Shown here one piece after another: positions 25,214 to 34,877 of a stretch of DNA of 64,000 nt (its first letter is position 1; each line of letters starts with the position of its first letter). A program made the translations under genes and the position numbers. The stretch is from contig OZ243913.1 in NCBI GenBank assembly GCA_965213705.1, positions 3,104,001 through 3,168,000 on the forward strand, written 5' to 3'. Under the pieces are notes generated by a model. The model did no database searches and was not told where the DNA came from. It saw only the letters and a program-made list of their open reading frames with translations. The stretch is from Trueperaceae bacterium (lineage in GTDB: Bacteria > Deinococcota > Deinococci > Deinococcales > Trueperaceae).

Positions 25214-27781
25214 ATGAACATTTTAGGCCACGTAACCGTGCTGCCGCAAGTGCCGCAACGCATCAGCCGTCTGCAAGACTTAGCCCGCAACCTGTGGTGG
25301 ACCTGGACGCCGCAGGCGCGCACCCTGTTCCGCACGCTCGACCGCGACCTGTGGGAGTCGACCGGTCACAACCCGGTCGCCCTGCTGCAGGGCGTGTCGC
25401 AAGACAGGCTCGAGCAAGTCGCCCAGGACGAGGCTTACGGCGCAAAGTACGACGCCGTGCTGCGCCACTTCGACGCTTACCTCGCCCGCGACGCCTGGTA
25501 CGACACGGCTTTTCCCGACAGACAGCACGTCTACGCTTACTTTTGCGCCGAGTACGGCTGGCACGAGGCCCTAGCGCTTTACTCGGGGGGGTTGGGCGTG
25601 TTGGCGGGCGACCACACCAAAGCGGCGTCCGACTTGGGTGTGCCCTTGGTCGGCGTGGGTTTGTGGTATCCGGAAGGCTACTTTCACCAGCGCGTCGCCG
25701 CCGACGGTCGCCAGGAGGCGGTCTACACGCGCAGAGACCCTCAAACGCTGCCCTTGGAACTCGTCACAAAGGGCGAGCAAGAGGTCCGCGTGGCGGTCAC
25801 CCTGTACGACCGCGAGGTCAGTATTCGGGCTTGGCAAGTCACCGTCGGCCGGGTGCCGGTGTACCTGCTCGACACCGACGTGCCCGAAAACACGGCGGAG
25901 GACCGCGACCTGTTGCGCCGTCTGTACGGCGGCGACCAACGAACGCGCGTGGCCCAAGAGATTGTTTTGGGTATCGGCGGCGTGAGGCTGTTGCGCGCGC
26001 TGGGCGTCGCGCCGACGAGCTGGCACATGAACGAGGGTCACAGCGCCTTTATGGCCCTGGAACGTTGCCGCGAGTTCGTCGCGCAGGGCTTGAGCTTCGA
26101 GGTTGCCCGGGAGGCGGTCGCGGCGAGCACCGTTTTTACCGTCCACACCCCGGTCGCCGCGGGCAACGACGCTTTTCCTTTCGAGCTTATCAGCCAGTAT
26201 TTTGGCGACTATTGGGGCAGTTTGGGGCTGAACCAACAGAGTTTTCTAGAGCTGGGCCGCTACGACCTCGGGTGGGGGCCGGTTTTCAGTATGCCCGCGC
26301 TGGCGATTCATTTCAGCTCGGGTCGCAACGGCGTCGCCGAACTTCACGGCGACACCAGCCGCAAACTGTGGCGCGAACTCTGGCCCGAGGTGCCGACCGA
26401 CGAGGTTCCTATCGGCTCGGTCACCAACGGCGTCCACCTGCCGACCTGGGTAGCTCCGGAAACGCAAGACCTCGTCGCAACGGTGTTGCCCGAGGACTGG
26501 CACGCGCGGCTGGACGACGTCGACATGTGGCGGCGGGTGGAGGGGCTGGACGAAGCCAAACTGTGGGCGGTACGAAAAGCGCTCAAGGCGCAGAGCGTAC
26601 GCTTTTTGCGGCGCCGGGTGCTGCGCCAGCTCGAGCGCCAAGGTGCCACCCCGACCGCCCTGCAAAACACCGGCGAGCTGTTCGACCCGGACGCGCTCAC
26701 CATCGGTTTTGCACGCAGGTTCGCGACCTACAAACGCGCGACGCTCATCTTTCGGGATTTGGAGCGCTTGGCGCGCATTTTGGGCGACCCCGAACGGCCC
26801 GTCCAACTGGTTTTTTCGGGCAAGGCGCACCCGGCGGACAAACCCGGTCAAGAACTCATCACCGTTATCCACAACTTGTCCAAAGAGAAGCGCTTCGCCG
26901 GAAAGATTCTGTTCGTCGAGGACTACGACATGGCCGTGGGCCGGGCGCTGACACGCGGGTCGGACGTGTGGCTCAACAACCCGCGGCGGCCCCTGGAAGC
27001 GTCCGGAACGAGCGGCCAAAAAGCCGCCATGAACGGCGGCTTGAACCTCAGTATTTTGGACGGTTGGTGGCCCGAGGGCTTTGACGGGGACAACGGGTGG
27101 GCGATTGGTTCCGCGCGCAGCTTCGACAGCGAGGAACAAGCCGACGCCGCAGACGCCGACGCCCTTTACGACCTGTTGGAACGCGAGGTCGTACCGCTCT
27201 ACTACGCGCGCGACGAGCAAGGCGTGCCGCGCGGGTGGCTGGCCCGCAGCAAAGACGCGATTGCCACCATCAGCCCGCGCTTTAACGCGAGCCGCATGGT
27301 CAAAGACTACACCACGCTCTACTACGCCCCGGCTTCGGAGCGCGCGCAAGCGCTGTCCGCCCAAGGTTTCGAGGCCGCCGCCGACTTGGCCGCCTGGCGG
27401 GAGCACGTTTCTTCGAGCTGGAAGAGCGTCGACTTGAGCGCGCAAGCAGCAGCCGAGGGGGTGCGCCGCAGCGGTGACGCGCTGAACGTCAAAGCCAGCT
27501 TTCGACCTCACGACTTGGGTGACACCGAGGTCCGCGTCGAGGTCGTTTACAGCCTCGAGAAAGACAACCTGATGACCAACCTCTACCGCGTGCCCATGCA
27601 AAAAGTAGCCGACAACGAGAGCGCTGCAGACGGCGCAGACGACGCGGCGGACGGCGCGGTGCATTACCAGGCGACGTTCAAGCCCGAAATAAGCGGCCAC
27701 CTCGTCTATGGTGTGCGAGCTTACCCGGTCAATGACCACCTCGCCAACGTCTTCGACGCGCGCGCGGTTCGCTGGGCGTAG
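25214..27781 (+). CDS. glgP: Alpha-glucan (glycogen/maltodextrin) phosphorylase
   Basis: NLWWTW, YSGGLGVLAGDH, HMNEGH, GFARRFATYKR, GKAHPAD, EASGTSGQKAAMNG. Confidence 0.95.
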   Translation: MNILGHVTVLPQVPQRISRLQDLARNLWWTWTPQARTLFRTLDRDLWESTGHNPVALLQGVSQDRLEQVAQDEAYGAKYDAVLRHFDAYLARDAWYDTAFPDRQHVYAYFCAEYGWHEALALYSGGLGVLAGDHTKAASDLGVPLVGVGLWYPEGYFHQRVAADGRQEAVYTRRDPQTLPLELVTKGEQEVRVAVTLYDREVSIRAWQVTVGRVPVYLLDTDVPENTAEDRDLLRRLYGGDQRTRVAQEIVLGIGGVRLLRALGVAPTSWHMNEGHSAFMALERCREFVAQGLSFEVAREAVAASTVFTVHTPVAAGNDAFPFELISQYFGDYWGSLGLNQQSFLELGRYDLGWGPVFSMPALAIHFSSGRNGVAELHGDTSRKLWRELWPEVPTDEVPIGSVTNGVHLPTWVAPETQDLVATVLPEDWHARLDDVDMWRRVEGLDEAKLWAVRKALKAQSVRFLRRRVLRQLERQGATPTALQNTGELFDPDALTIGFARRFATYKRATLIFRDLERLARILGDPERPVQLVFSGKAHPADKPGQELITVIHNLSKEKRFAGKILFVEDYDMAVGRALTRGSDVWLNNPRRPLEASGTSGQKAAMNGGLNLSILDGWWPEGFDGDNGWAIGSARSFDSEEQADAADADALYDLLEREVVPLYYARDEQGVPRGWLARSKDAIATISPRFNASRMVKDYTTLYYAPASERAQALSAQGFEAAADLAAWREHVSSSWKSVDLSAQAAAEGVRRSGDALNVKASFRPHDLGDTEVRVEVVYSLEKDNLMTNLYRVPMQKVADNESAADGADDAADGAVHYQATFKPEISGHLVYGVRAYPVNDHLANVFDARAVRWA

Positions 27782-27791
27782 CGGGGCGGCG

Positions 27792-27846
27792 CCGAGGACC
27801 GAGCTAAAAGTACCGAGTCGAACCCTCCCAACTCGGTACTTTTAGC
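27792..27846. repeat. AGTACCG-heptamer hairpin / terminator after glgP
   Basis: GCTAAAAGTACCGAGT (27803-27818) / ACTCGGTACTTTTAGC (27831-27846), preceded by CCGAGGACCGAG. Confidence 0.8.
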
Positions 27847-28002
27847 GTTTCCAACCGGTAGTGAGACGGCTGAGCGGGTTGACCTCTTCCCGGGTCCGCT
27901 TTCTTGAGTCGTTGAAGTTTGAGTGGCTCACGAAAACACTGTTGCTGCTTGGGTCTCTTGACTATCTCCCCTACGCTTCAGGCCGCCCTGGTAAACTAGC
28001 CC

Positions 28003-28587
28003 ATGACCCCGACGAGAGACGAAGCTTACACCTTGATGACGGAGTGGACCGCCTCCGACAGCCTGCGCAAACACATGCTGGCGGTCGAGGCGGCGGTGCG
28101 CGCCTACGCACAAAAGTTTGGCGAAGACGAGGACTACTGGGCGGCGACCGCGCTACTGCACGACTTCGACTACGAAAAGTATCCCGACTTAGGCCCGGAC
28201 GGCCATCCGTTCGTGGGGGTACGCTACTTGCGCGAGCAGGGCTATCCAGAAGAGATGTTGGACGCGATTTTGGGCCACGCCGACTTCAGCGGCGTACCGC
28301 GCGAAACCCTGCTCGCCAAGACACTTTATGCCTGCGACGAGGTGACGGGCCTCATCACGGCGGCGGTGCTGGTGCGGCCCGACAAGGACGTCGCCAACCA
28401 AACCCTCAAAAGCCTCAAGAAAAAGTTCAAGGACAAAGCTTTCGCGCGCGGCGTCAACCGCGAGGACGTGGAGCGCGGCGCGGCAGAACTTGGGGTTGAG
28501 TTGTGGGAACACGTCGCTTTCGTGCTCAGCGCGATGCAGGCTCGAGCGGAAATCTTGGAGTTGGACGGGCGGTTGGCAGCGGAGTAG
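28003..28587 (+). CDS. HD-domain phosphohydrolase (HDIG type)
   Basis: KHMLAVE, LLHDFD, H..G, ILGH, ACDE, KKFKDKAFARGVNRED. Confidence 0.9.
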   Translation: MTPTRDEAYTLMTEWTASDSLRKHMLAVEAAVRAYAQKFGEDEDYWAATALLHDFDYEKYPDLGPDGHPFVGVRYLREQGYPEEMLDAILGHADFSGVPRETLLAKTLYACDEVTGLITAAVLVRPDKDVANQTLKSLKKKFKDKAFARGVNREDVERGAAELGVELWEHVAFVLSAMQARAEILELDGRLAAE

Positions 28588-28827
28588 GGCTGAACTTGAA
28601 GGTCGCCCAAAATCACTTATGTTTTTTCAAGCCACGCCTTTATAGAGACTACCGGCGGGAAAATAGAACAGGTGCTCTACGCTTTTTTACGCTGGTTGAG
28701 TTTTGTCGGCACGCCTTGTACCCTCGACGGCTGACGCACACGTTGAACTAAAAGTCTGTGAGAATGCTGTAAGAAGTGAACTGCTAGAGTAACACCGTTG
28801 CAAGCGTTGCGCTCCCGAACGGCAACC

Positions 28828-28908
28828 TTGTAAGAGGCGAAGACCCACCCCAATCCGTTTTTCGGGCGCTAGGACGGGTGACGAGCCAGTAGCGCGACCG
28901 GCTTACAA
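28828..28908 (+). ncRNA. Cyclic di-GMP-II riboswitch
   Basis: P1 TTGTAAG/CTTACAA; A linker; P2 GGC/GCC; GA-rich kink-turn-like loop; P3 CACCC..TCC/GGA..GGGTG; pseudoknot GCGCT(28866-70)/AGCGC(28891-95); 3' GAGCCAGTAGCGCGACCGG resembles the class-II signature; lies in the 5' UTR of the peptidase. Confidence 0.8.
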
Positions 28909-28945
28909 AACTGTTTGTTGTTTGGAAAGGACCGTGTATCACGTC

Positions 28946-30235
28946 ATGCAACGCAATCCCGAAGCAAACCGAACCTCGAGCAAGCAACTTTCAGCCACCC
29001 TCATACCTGTGCTCGTCGCCGCCCTGTCGGCCTGCGGCAGCGTGACCCCGGAGCTGCCCCAAACAGCGCCGGAGCGCTTCGACTATTCTCTGAGCGTCGA
29101 GGTTGCGCCCGGCGCTTCTCGAGCCGCTACCGAAGCGCAGTATGGCGGTAAGGCGGTCGTGTGGCGGCCCGAAGCGGGTTTCGCCGTGCTCGGTCTGCAC
29201 GACGCGGGTGGCCTGAGTACCCTGGGCGCAAAAGACAACAAAAAGGCTTTCAAGTCGCCGGAAGTCGCCACCAGCTCGGTCGACGGTAACGGGCGCTCCG
29301 CTTGGAGCGGCGGCCGCTCCGCTTGGAGTGGGGGCCGTTCGGCCTGGAGCGGGGGCGCGCCGACGACCTTTACGGAGAACTTAAGCTACTGGGACCAAAT
29401 CGACTTGCCCGAAGGTCAAGCGCTCGCCCCGCGCTTGGGTGACAGCGTCAAAGTCGCCGTTATCGACACGGGTCTCGACCTGCACCATCCGGCTTTCCAG
29501 GGTAGACTCGCACCTGCACACGAGTGGAAAGACTTTGTAGACGGTGACACCTACCCGCAAGAAGTGTCGGGACCGAACTACGGGCACGGCACGGGCGTCG
29601 CCGACATCATCGTGCAGGTGGCTCCCAACGTGACGATTTTGCCCATCCGTGTACTCGGCCCCGACGGCTCGGGCGACACGACCGACGTTGTCGCCGCCAT
29701 CAACCACGCCGTCCAGAAGGGTGCGGACATTATCAACTTGTCGCTCGGCACCGACACGGGTGAGAAAACGCTCGAGAACCTCATCAAGTACGCCGTGAAG
29801 CAAAACGTCGTCGTCGTCGCCTCGGCGGGCAACAACGGTCGGGAAGACATCTTGTTTCCCGCCAGGTACAAAGACGAAGTCGTCGGCGTCGGCAGCGTCG
29901 ACCCGAACGACGAACTCTCGACGTTTTCCTCCTACGGCAAAGAACTCAACTTGACCGCGCCCGGCGAGTCCATCTACACCGCCGCCCCCGACCAAAGTGT
30001 CGGGTCTTGGAGCGGCACCTCGTTCGCCGCCCCCATCGTCTCGGGCGCGGCGGCGTTGGCGCTCGGCGAAAGGTCCAACTACAAGGGGATGAAGCCTGAG
30101 GACCTCAGCAAAATACTTTCCGGCGCAACCAACGACGTGCGCGGCCGGGGCAGAAACAGAAACTTCAAGGCCGACGTGCTCGGCAAGGGCCGCTTGGACA
30201 TCGACGACTTTTTGAAAGCCGTTTTCAAAAAGTAA
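28946..30235 (+). CDS. S8 (subtilisin) serine peptidase, lipoprotein
   Basis: Lipobox LSAC; catalytic VAVIDTG, HGT, oxyanion SAGN, GTSFAAP; (GRSAWSG)x3 before the catalytic domain. Confidence 0.95.
   Translation: MQRNPEANRTSSKQLSATLIPVLVAALSACGSVTPELPQTAPERFDYSLSVEVAPGASRAATEAQYGGKAVVWRPEAGFAVLGLHDAGGLSTLGAKDNKKAFKSPEVATSSVDGNGRSAWSGGRSAWSGGRSAWSGGAPTTFTENLSYWDQIDLPEGQALAPRLGDSVKVAVIDTGLDLHHPAFQGRLAPAHEWKDFVDGDTYPQEVSGPNYGHGTGVADIIVQVAPNVTILPIRVLGPDGSGDTTDVVAAINHAVQKGADIINLSLGTDTGEKTLENLIKYAVKQNVVVVASAGNNGREDILFPARYKDEVVGVGSVDPNDELSTFSSYGKELNLTAPGESIYTAAPDQSVGSWSGTSFAAPIVSGAAALALGERSNYKGMKPEDLSKILSGATNDVRGRGRNRNFKADVLGKGRLDIDDFLKAVFKK
29291..29353 (+). repeat. 21-bp x3 coding repeat, GRSAWSG
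   Basis: GGGCGCTCCGCTTGGAGCGGC / GGCCGCTCCGCTTGGAGTGGG / GGCCGTTCGGCCTGGAGCGGG; all differences are synonymous. Confidence 0.95.
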
Positions 30236-30245
30236 GGGTTTGACG

Positions 30246-30280
30246 GCTCGAGCAGCGTCCGGACGCTGCTCGAGCTTTGT
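30246..30280 (+). terminator. Intrinsic terminator (30-bp perfect palindrome with two CTCGAG)
   Basis: GCTCGAGCAGCGTCCGGACGCTGCTCGAGC then TTTGTT. Confidence 0.75.
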
Positions 30281-30425
30281 TGAGTATCCCTTGAGCGACA
30301 GAACGACGCTTCGCACAGCCTCGGCAAAATCGAAAGGCTTGTAAGAACCGAGACAGAGACGACCCTGTAAACTACACTTCGACGACACACAGACGCGTTG
30401 GGTGTCGAAACGTCAAAGGCTGACC

Positions 30426-32234
30426 ATGACCAGAGCGAGCGCACAGACACAGACGAACCCAGGTGAGGAGCGGGCCGCCGCCCACATTGACGACCTCAAC
30501 GCGCTCGCCTGGGAACTGCGCCGTAGCGACACGAAGCGGTCGCTGCTGCTGGGCGACGAGGCGCTGCGGGCTGCCAAAACGGCAGCTTATGAGCGGGGCC
30601 GGGCCTGCAGCCTTTTGGTGTTGGGCTACGGCGCGATGCGCGCCGCCGACCTGCACGGCGCGCTGGACAAGCTGCAAACCGCCCTGACGAGTTTTGAGCA
30701 CTTGGGCGACAAAGAGGGCGGCCGCAGGGCGCTCAACACCCTGGGCATCGTGTACGGGCAGTCCGGCAACTACGCGGACGCGCTCAGGACGTTTTTGACC
30801 TTACAAATCCTCTGCACCGAGCTGGGCGAGCCCGAGGGCGTTGCCGAAGCGCTGAACAACACGGGCGCCGCTTACTTTCACTTGGGCGACTACGCCAACG
30901 CCCTCGAGTTTCACTTGCAAGCCCTGGCGGCGTTCAGCACTCTGCAAGACGCGGCGAGTCAAGCAGCGGGCAAGGTTCAGGCGCTCGTCAACATCGGGAT
31001 GGTCTACTTCGAGCGGGGCCGCTTCGAGCAAGCCCTGGAAGCCTTCAACCATGCCGAAACTGACAGCGACCCCGGAGACGGCTATACCCGCGCCCTTCTT
31101 TTCAACCACCTCGGCCGGACGCATTTAGAACTCGGCCAGTACGAGCAGGCGCTGGCCCGCAACGAGGAGAGTTTAAACCTCATGAACGCGCTCGAGGACC
31201 TTTTGGGCGCAAGTTATACCCGGGACGACCTGGCGGCTATTTACACCCGGCTCGGCCAAGTCGGTGCGGCGGAAAGCCACTTGTTGGGAAGTTTGAAGAC
31301 CAAACGGGCGGCGGGCGACACCAAAGGCGAGGCGGAAACCTGTTTGCAGTTGGGACGGTTGTACTTAAACCAGGGCCGGGTGGAAGCCGCCCTGGACACG
31401 CTGCACGAAAGCTTAGCGAGCGCCCAAACCAGCAACGCCAAGCTCGAGGTCTATAAAGCCCACCGCGCCCTGGCCGAAGCCTACAAAAAGAATCGGCAGT
31501 TCCGCGAGGCTTGTCTACACTTGGAAAAACACGCGCAGCTCGGCAAAGAAATGTTCGACCGAGATTCAGACCTGCGGCTGCAGGGTTTGCGCGTCCGCTA
31601 CGAAGTCGAGCAGACCGAACGGGAAAAAGAGATTTACCGGCTCAAAAACGTCGAGCTGGCGCAGGCAGTAACCGCGCTCCACGAACTCACCGCGTCGTTG
31701 CAAAGGGCGAACGACGACAAGGCGCTGCTGCTAAAGCGGCTCGAGCGCCTGACCCACGAAGACGCCCTGACCGGTCTTTACAACCGCCGCTACGCCGACA
31801 GTAAACTGGAGCAGGAGTTCGCGCGGGCGCACCGTTACAGCAAACCTTTAAGCGTCGCCGTTTGCGACATCGACTATTTCAAGCAGGTCAACGACGACTA
31901 TTCGCACCAAATAGGCGACGCGGTCCTCAAGCAAGTTTCCGAACTGTTGCGCGACGGGGTGCGGCAGAGCGACACGGTCGCCCGCTACGGGGGCGAGGAG
32001 TTCGTCGTCGTGTTGCCTGAAACTCTTCCCCACCACGCGGCGCACGTTTTTGAACGCATCCGCGCGGCGGTAGCGAATCACGCTTGGTACCGGATTCAGC
32101 CCGGCCTGAACGTCACCGTCAGTATCGGCATTTCCGGCGACCTCTCGGTTGCGAGTTTCGACAAGCTCGTGGGTTTGGCGGATAAAAAACTCTACGAGGC
32201 CAAACACAACGGTCGCAACCAGGTCAGGATATAG
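30426..32234 (+). CDS. TPR-repeat diguanylate cyclase (GGDEF)
   Basis: Multiple TPRs (ALNTLGIVY, ALNNTGAAY, ALVNIGMVY), coiled coil, DALTGLYNRR, DIDYFKQVND, I-site RQSD, RYGGEEF. Confidence 0.95.
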   Translation: MTRASAQTQTNPGEERAAAHIDDLNALAWELRRSDTKRSLLLGDEALRAAKTAAYERGRACSLLVLGYGAMRAADLHGALDKLQTALTSFEHLGDKEGGRRALNTLGIVYGQSGNYADALRTFLTLQILCTELGEPEGVAEALNNTGAAYFHLGDYANALEFHLQALAAFSTLQDAASQAAGKVQALVNIGMVYFERGRFEQALEAFNHAETDSDPGDGYTRALLFNHLGRTHLELGQYEQALARNEESLNLMNALEDLLGASYTRDDLAAIYTRLGQVGAAESHLLGSLKTKRAAGDTKGEAETCLQLGRLYLNQGRVEAALDTLHESLASAQTSNAKLEVYKAHRALAEAYKKNRQFREACLHLEKHAQLGKEMFDRDSDLRLQGLRVRYEVEQTEREKEIYRLKNVELAQAVTALHELTASLQRANDDKALLLKRLERLTHEDALTGLYNRRYADSKLEQEFARAHRYSKPLSVAVCDIDYFKQVNDDYSHQIGDAVLKQVSELLRDGVRQSDTVARYGGEEFVVVLPETLPHHAAHVFERIRAAVANHAWYRIQPGLNVTVSIGISGDLSVASFDKLVGLADKKLYEAKHNGRNQVRI

Positions 32235-32305
32235 GGTATAAAGGCCTTTTTTAGCCGTGACGGACGTTCGGCGTAGACGCAGTATCTGGTAAACTGTCAA
32301 ACCTG

Positions 32306-32902
32306 ATGAAGCAAAAAACTTTGGGCAAGGGCAGAATCATCTTTCTGAACGGCACCTCGAGTTCCGGCAAGTCGAGCATTGCCAAGGCGCTTCAAAACTT
32401 GCTCGAGACACCTTTTCTTCACGTCTCAGCCGACGACTTTCTGTCGATGTTGCCCGAGCGTTTTGTAGACTACCTGTCGGGAGAGGCGGCGACAGAGGCT
32501 GAGTTGGAGCAACTACGTCTGTATTTTCCTAAAGTTCTGGCTGGATTTCACGCCTCGCTAGCCGCCATGACGTCCGCAGGCAACAACTTGGTTGTCGACT
32601 ACGTGTTTGAACAGCAAAATGACTTGCGCGTTTGTGTTGAAAAGCTGAGCGACGTGTGGGTCTTGTTCGTCGGCGTTCACTGTTCCCTGGACGAGCTCGA
32701 GCGCCGTGAGAAAGGACGTGACAGGCTACAGGGGCTTGCCAGAGCCCAGCTCGGTGTCGTACACGCTCACGGAGTCTACGACGTCGAGGTGGACACTACG
32801 CAAAAGAGTGTTGAGGAATGTGCCGAGCACATAAAACGTGTGTTTGACGACACCCCTGAACCCGACGCTTTCAAGCGGCTCAGGTCCGCGCTGCTGAGCT
32901 AG
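32306..32902 (+). CDS. Chloramphenicol phosphotransferase-like P-loop kinase
   Basis: IIFLNGTSSSGKSS, GNNLVVD, VGVHC..LERRE..R, YDVEVDT. Confidence 0.85.
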   Translation: MKQKTLGKGRIIFLNGTSSSGKSSIAKALQNLLETPFLHVSADDFLSMLPERFVDYLSGEAATEAELEQLRLYFPKVLAGFHASLAAMTSAGNNLVVDYVFEQQNDLRVCVEKLSDVWVLFVGVHCSLDELERREKGRDRLQGLARAQLGVVHAHGVYDVEVDTTQKSVEECAEHIKRVFDDTPEPDAFKRLRSALLS

Positions 32903-33864
32903 TTTTCCGGGTCGGGGACGGCGTTGAACGCCGCGGGCGGTCCCAGCGAACGCCAGTTCCATTCGCCGTCGCGACGCGGCGGCCAGATGACGGCGGTGGC
33001 CTTGCCGGCGACGGCCAGGGCGGGAATGGGTCCGAAATATTTCGAGTCTTCGCTGCCGCCCGGCGAACGGTTGTCGCCCATCACAAAGTAGTGGCCTTCG
33101 GGCACGACGAGGTCGAGGACGAATGGCTCGCCCTCGGGGGCGTCTTGGGGCACGGGCTCGAGCGCGGCAATCGTGCTGCCATAAAAAAGCTGTACGTTTC
33201 CGTCGGTGACCGGCAAGGGGTCGGGGTAGTAAGTGTCCAGCGGCAACCGGCTCGGCAGCGCGGCCCCGGCCTGGGTGTCGAAGCCGACCGAAAACCCCGT
33301 CACCCTACCGTCTTCTTGGGTCACGACCGGAAAGTCGACCGGCTCGGGCTGAATTTCGCCCGTGGCGGTGATAAAACCCTGGTCGACGGGTGCGTCGTTG
33401 ACATAGACTTGCCCGCCTTCGATACGCACGTGGTCACCCGGCACGCCGACGACGCGCTTGATAAAAAAGGGGCGGCACTGATAGAGGACTTGGGCCGGCA
33501 AAAAGCAGTTCGTTTCAATCTGCGCGTGCGGCGAGTTGGCGGGCTCGCGCACCACCACGATGTTGCCGCGCTGGTAGTCGCCCAGCACGCCCAAACGGCG
33601 CAACCAGGTGTCGTACTTGGGGATGAACACGCGGTCGCCGGTGAGGAGCGACTGTAAGACGTTGCTGCTGCCCACGCCGCCGTTTAGGTTGGGCCGCATC
33701 GAGCTGCCCACCACGCCGACGGTGTTGAAGGCGAAAGTAACAATCAAGAAAGCGACGACGAGCGCTTCGGCGTAGCCCCTCACCTCGTCCCAAAAGCGGT
33801 CGCTGGTGCTGGGGGTTTTGTCTGCGGGTGGCCCCTTGGCCGGGGCGGACTTGGTGTTTGCCAT
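32899..33864 (-). CDS. lepB: Signal peptidase I
   Basis: TM segment then GSSMRPNL (Ser), FIKRVVGVPGD (Lys), YFVMGDNR..SEDS. Confidence 0.93.
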   Translation of the reverse strand: MANTKSAPAKGPPADKTPSTSDRFWDEVRGYAEALVVAFLIVTFAFNTVGVVGSSMRPNLNGGVGSSNVLQSLLTGDRVFIPKYDTWLRRLGVLGDYQRGNIVVVREPANSPHAQIETNCFLPAQVLYQCRPFFIKRVVGVPGDHVRIEGGQVYVNDAPVDQGFITATGEIQPEPVDFPVVTQEDGRVTGFSVGFDTQAGAALPSRLPLDTYYPDPLPVTDGNVQLFYGSTIAALEPVPQDAPEGEPFVLDLVVPEGHYFVMGDNRSPGGSEDSKYFGPIPALAVAGKATAVIWPPRRDGEWNWRSLGPPAAFNAVPDPEN

Positions 33865-33869
33865 AGGGG

Positions 33870-34781
33870 CTAGTCTATCCTCTCGAGCGCGTTTAGCGCG
33901 TGACGTTCGGGCGAAACCTCCGCACGACGACGTTCTTGCCCCGACCAGGGCAGCAGCCCGGCTTCGGTAAACGCCTGCAGGGCCTGCTCTTCGCCGAGTT
34001 CGGTAACAGTCTTGACGGCGTAAAACGACTCGACCCGCACGTGCGGCATAGCGTGCTTGACGCGCACGTCGGCGGGGTGGAGGCAGTACTGCATCTCGGT
34101 CAGCACGCTCTGCATGATGTCGGTCGAGCGCAGCAGCATCTGCACCATCGGGTTGCGCCGCTCGAAGCGCATGGTGGCGATAAAACGCTCCCACCAGCGC
34201 CCGTCGGACGCGTCCGAAAAAGGTGAACGGCGCGGCGGCGTGGTGTCCGAGGCGATGGTGTAGTTCGCGTCCAAAAAACCCAGCGCCTCGACCGGGAGGT
34301 TGTTGATGATGCCGCCGTCGGCGAGCGTGCGCCCGCGGAACTGCAGCGGTTCGAAGGCGCCCGGGTAACAGCTCGAGGCCCGCAGCGCCGTAATCAGGTC
34401 GCCCTCGGTGATAATGACCTCTTCACCCGTTTCGACGTCGGCGGTGGTCACGGCGAGCGGTTTTTCAAGCTCGGCGAAGTCGCTCGGCAAATACTCGGCT
34501 AAAAAAGCGTGCAGACGTTCACCCTTGAAAAACCCGAACTGCAAAGAGAAGTCGATGACGTCGCGCCAGGAGAGCGAGCTGGCGACGGCGTGAATCTTGT
34601 CAGCCGAGTAACCCGCCGCGTAGAACGCACCCAAAACCGCGCCCATCGAGGTGCCCGCGACCACGTCTACTTTCAACTCGGTGCGCTCCAAGGCTCGCAA
34701 CACCCCGATGTGCGCGAAGGCCCGCGCCCCGCCGCCGCTCAAAACGAGACCCACCTTACGCTGCCGTTTGGCCGTTTCCAT
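33870..34781 (-). CDS. Patatin-like phospholipase
   Basis: LSGGGARAFAHIGV, GTSMG, DGG. Confidence 0.93.
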   Translation of the reverse strand: METAKRQRKVGLVLSGGGARAFAHIGVLRALERTELKVDVVAGTSMGAVLGAFYAAGYSADKIHAVASSLSWRDVIDFSLQFGFFKGERLHAFLAEYLPSDFAELEKPLAVTTADVETGEEVIITEGDLITALRASSCYPGAFEPLQFRGRTLADGGIINNLPVEALGFLDANYTIASDTTPPRRSPFSDASDGRWWERFIATMRFERRNPMVQMLLRSTDIMQSVLTEMQYCLHPADVRVKHAMPHVRVESFYAVKTVTELGEEQALQAFTEAGLLPWSGQERRRAEVSPERHALNALERID

Positions 34782-34877
34782 GCCCGCCAATGTAGCACCC
34801 CGGCGTGCCGAACGGAGTAACGAAGTCTTGAAGGCGGCCCCGCCGGGTTGCACCCGAACCGGGTTACACTCGGGGGC

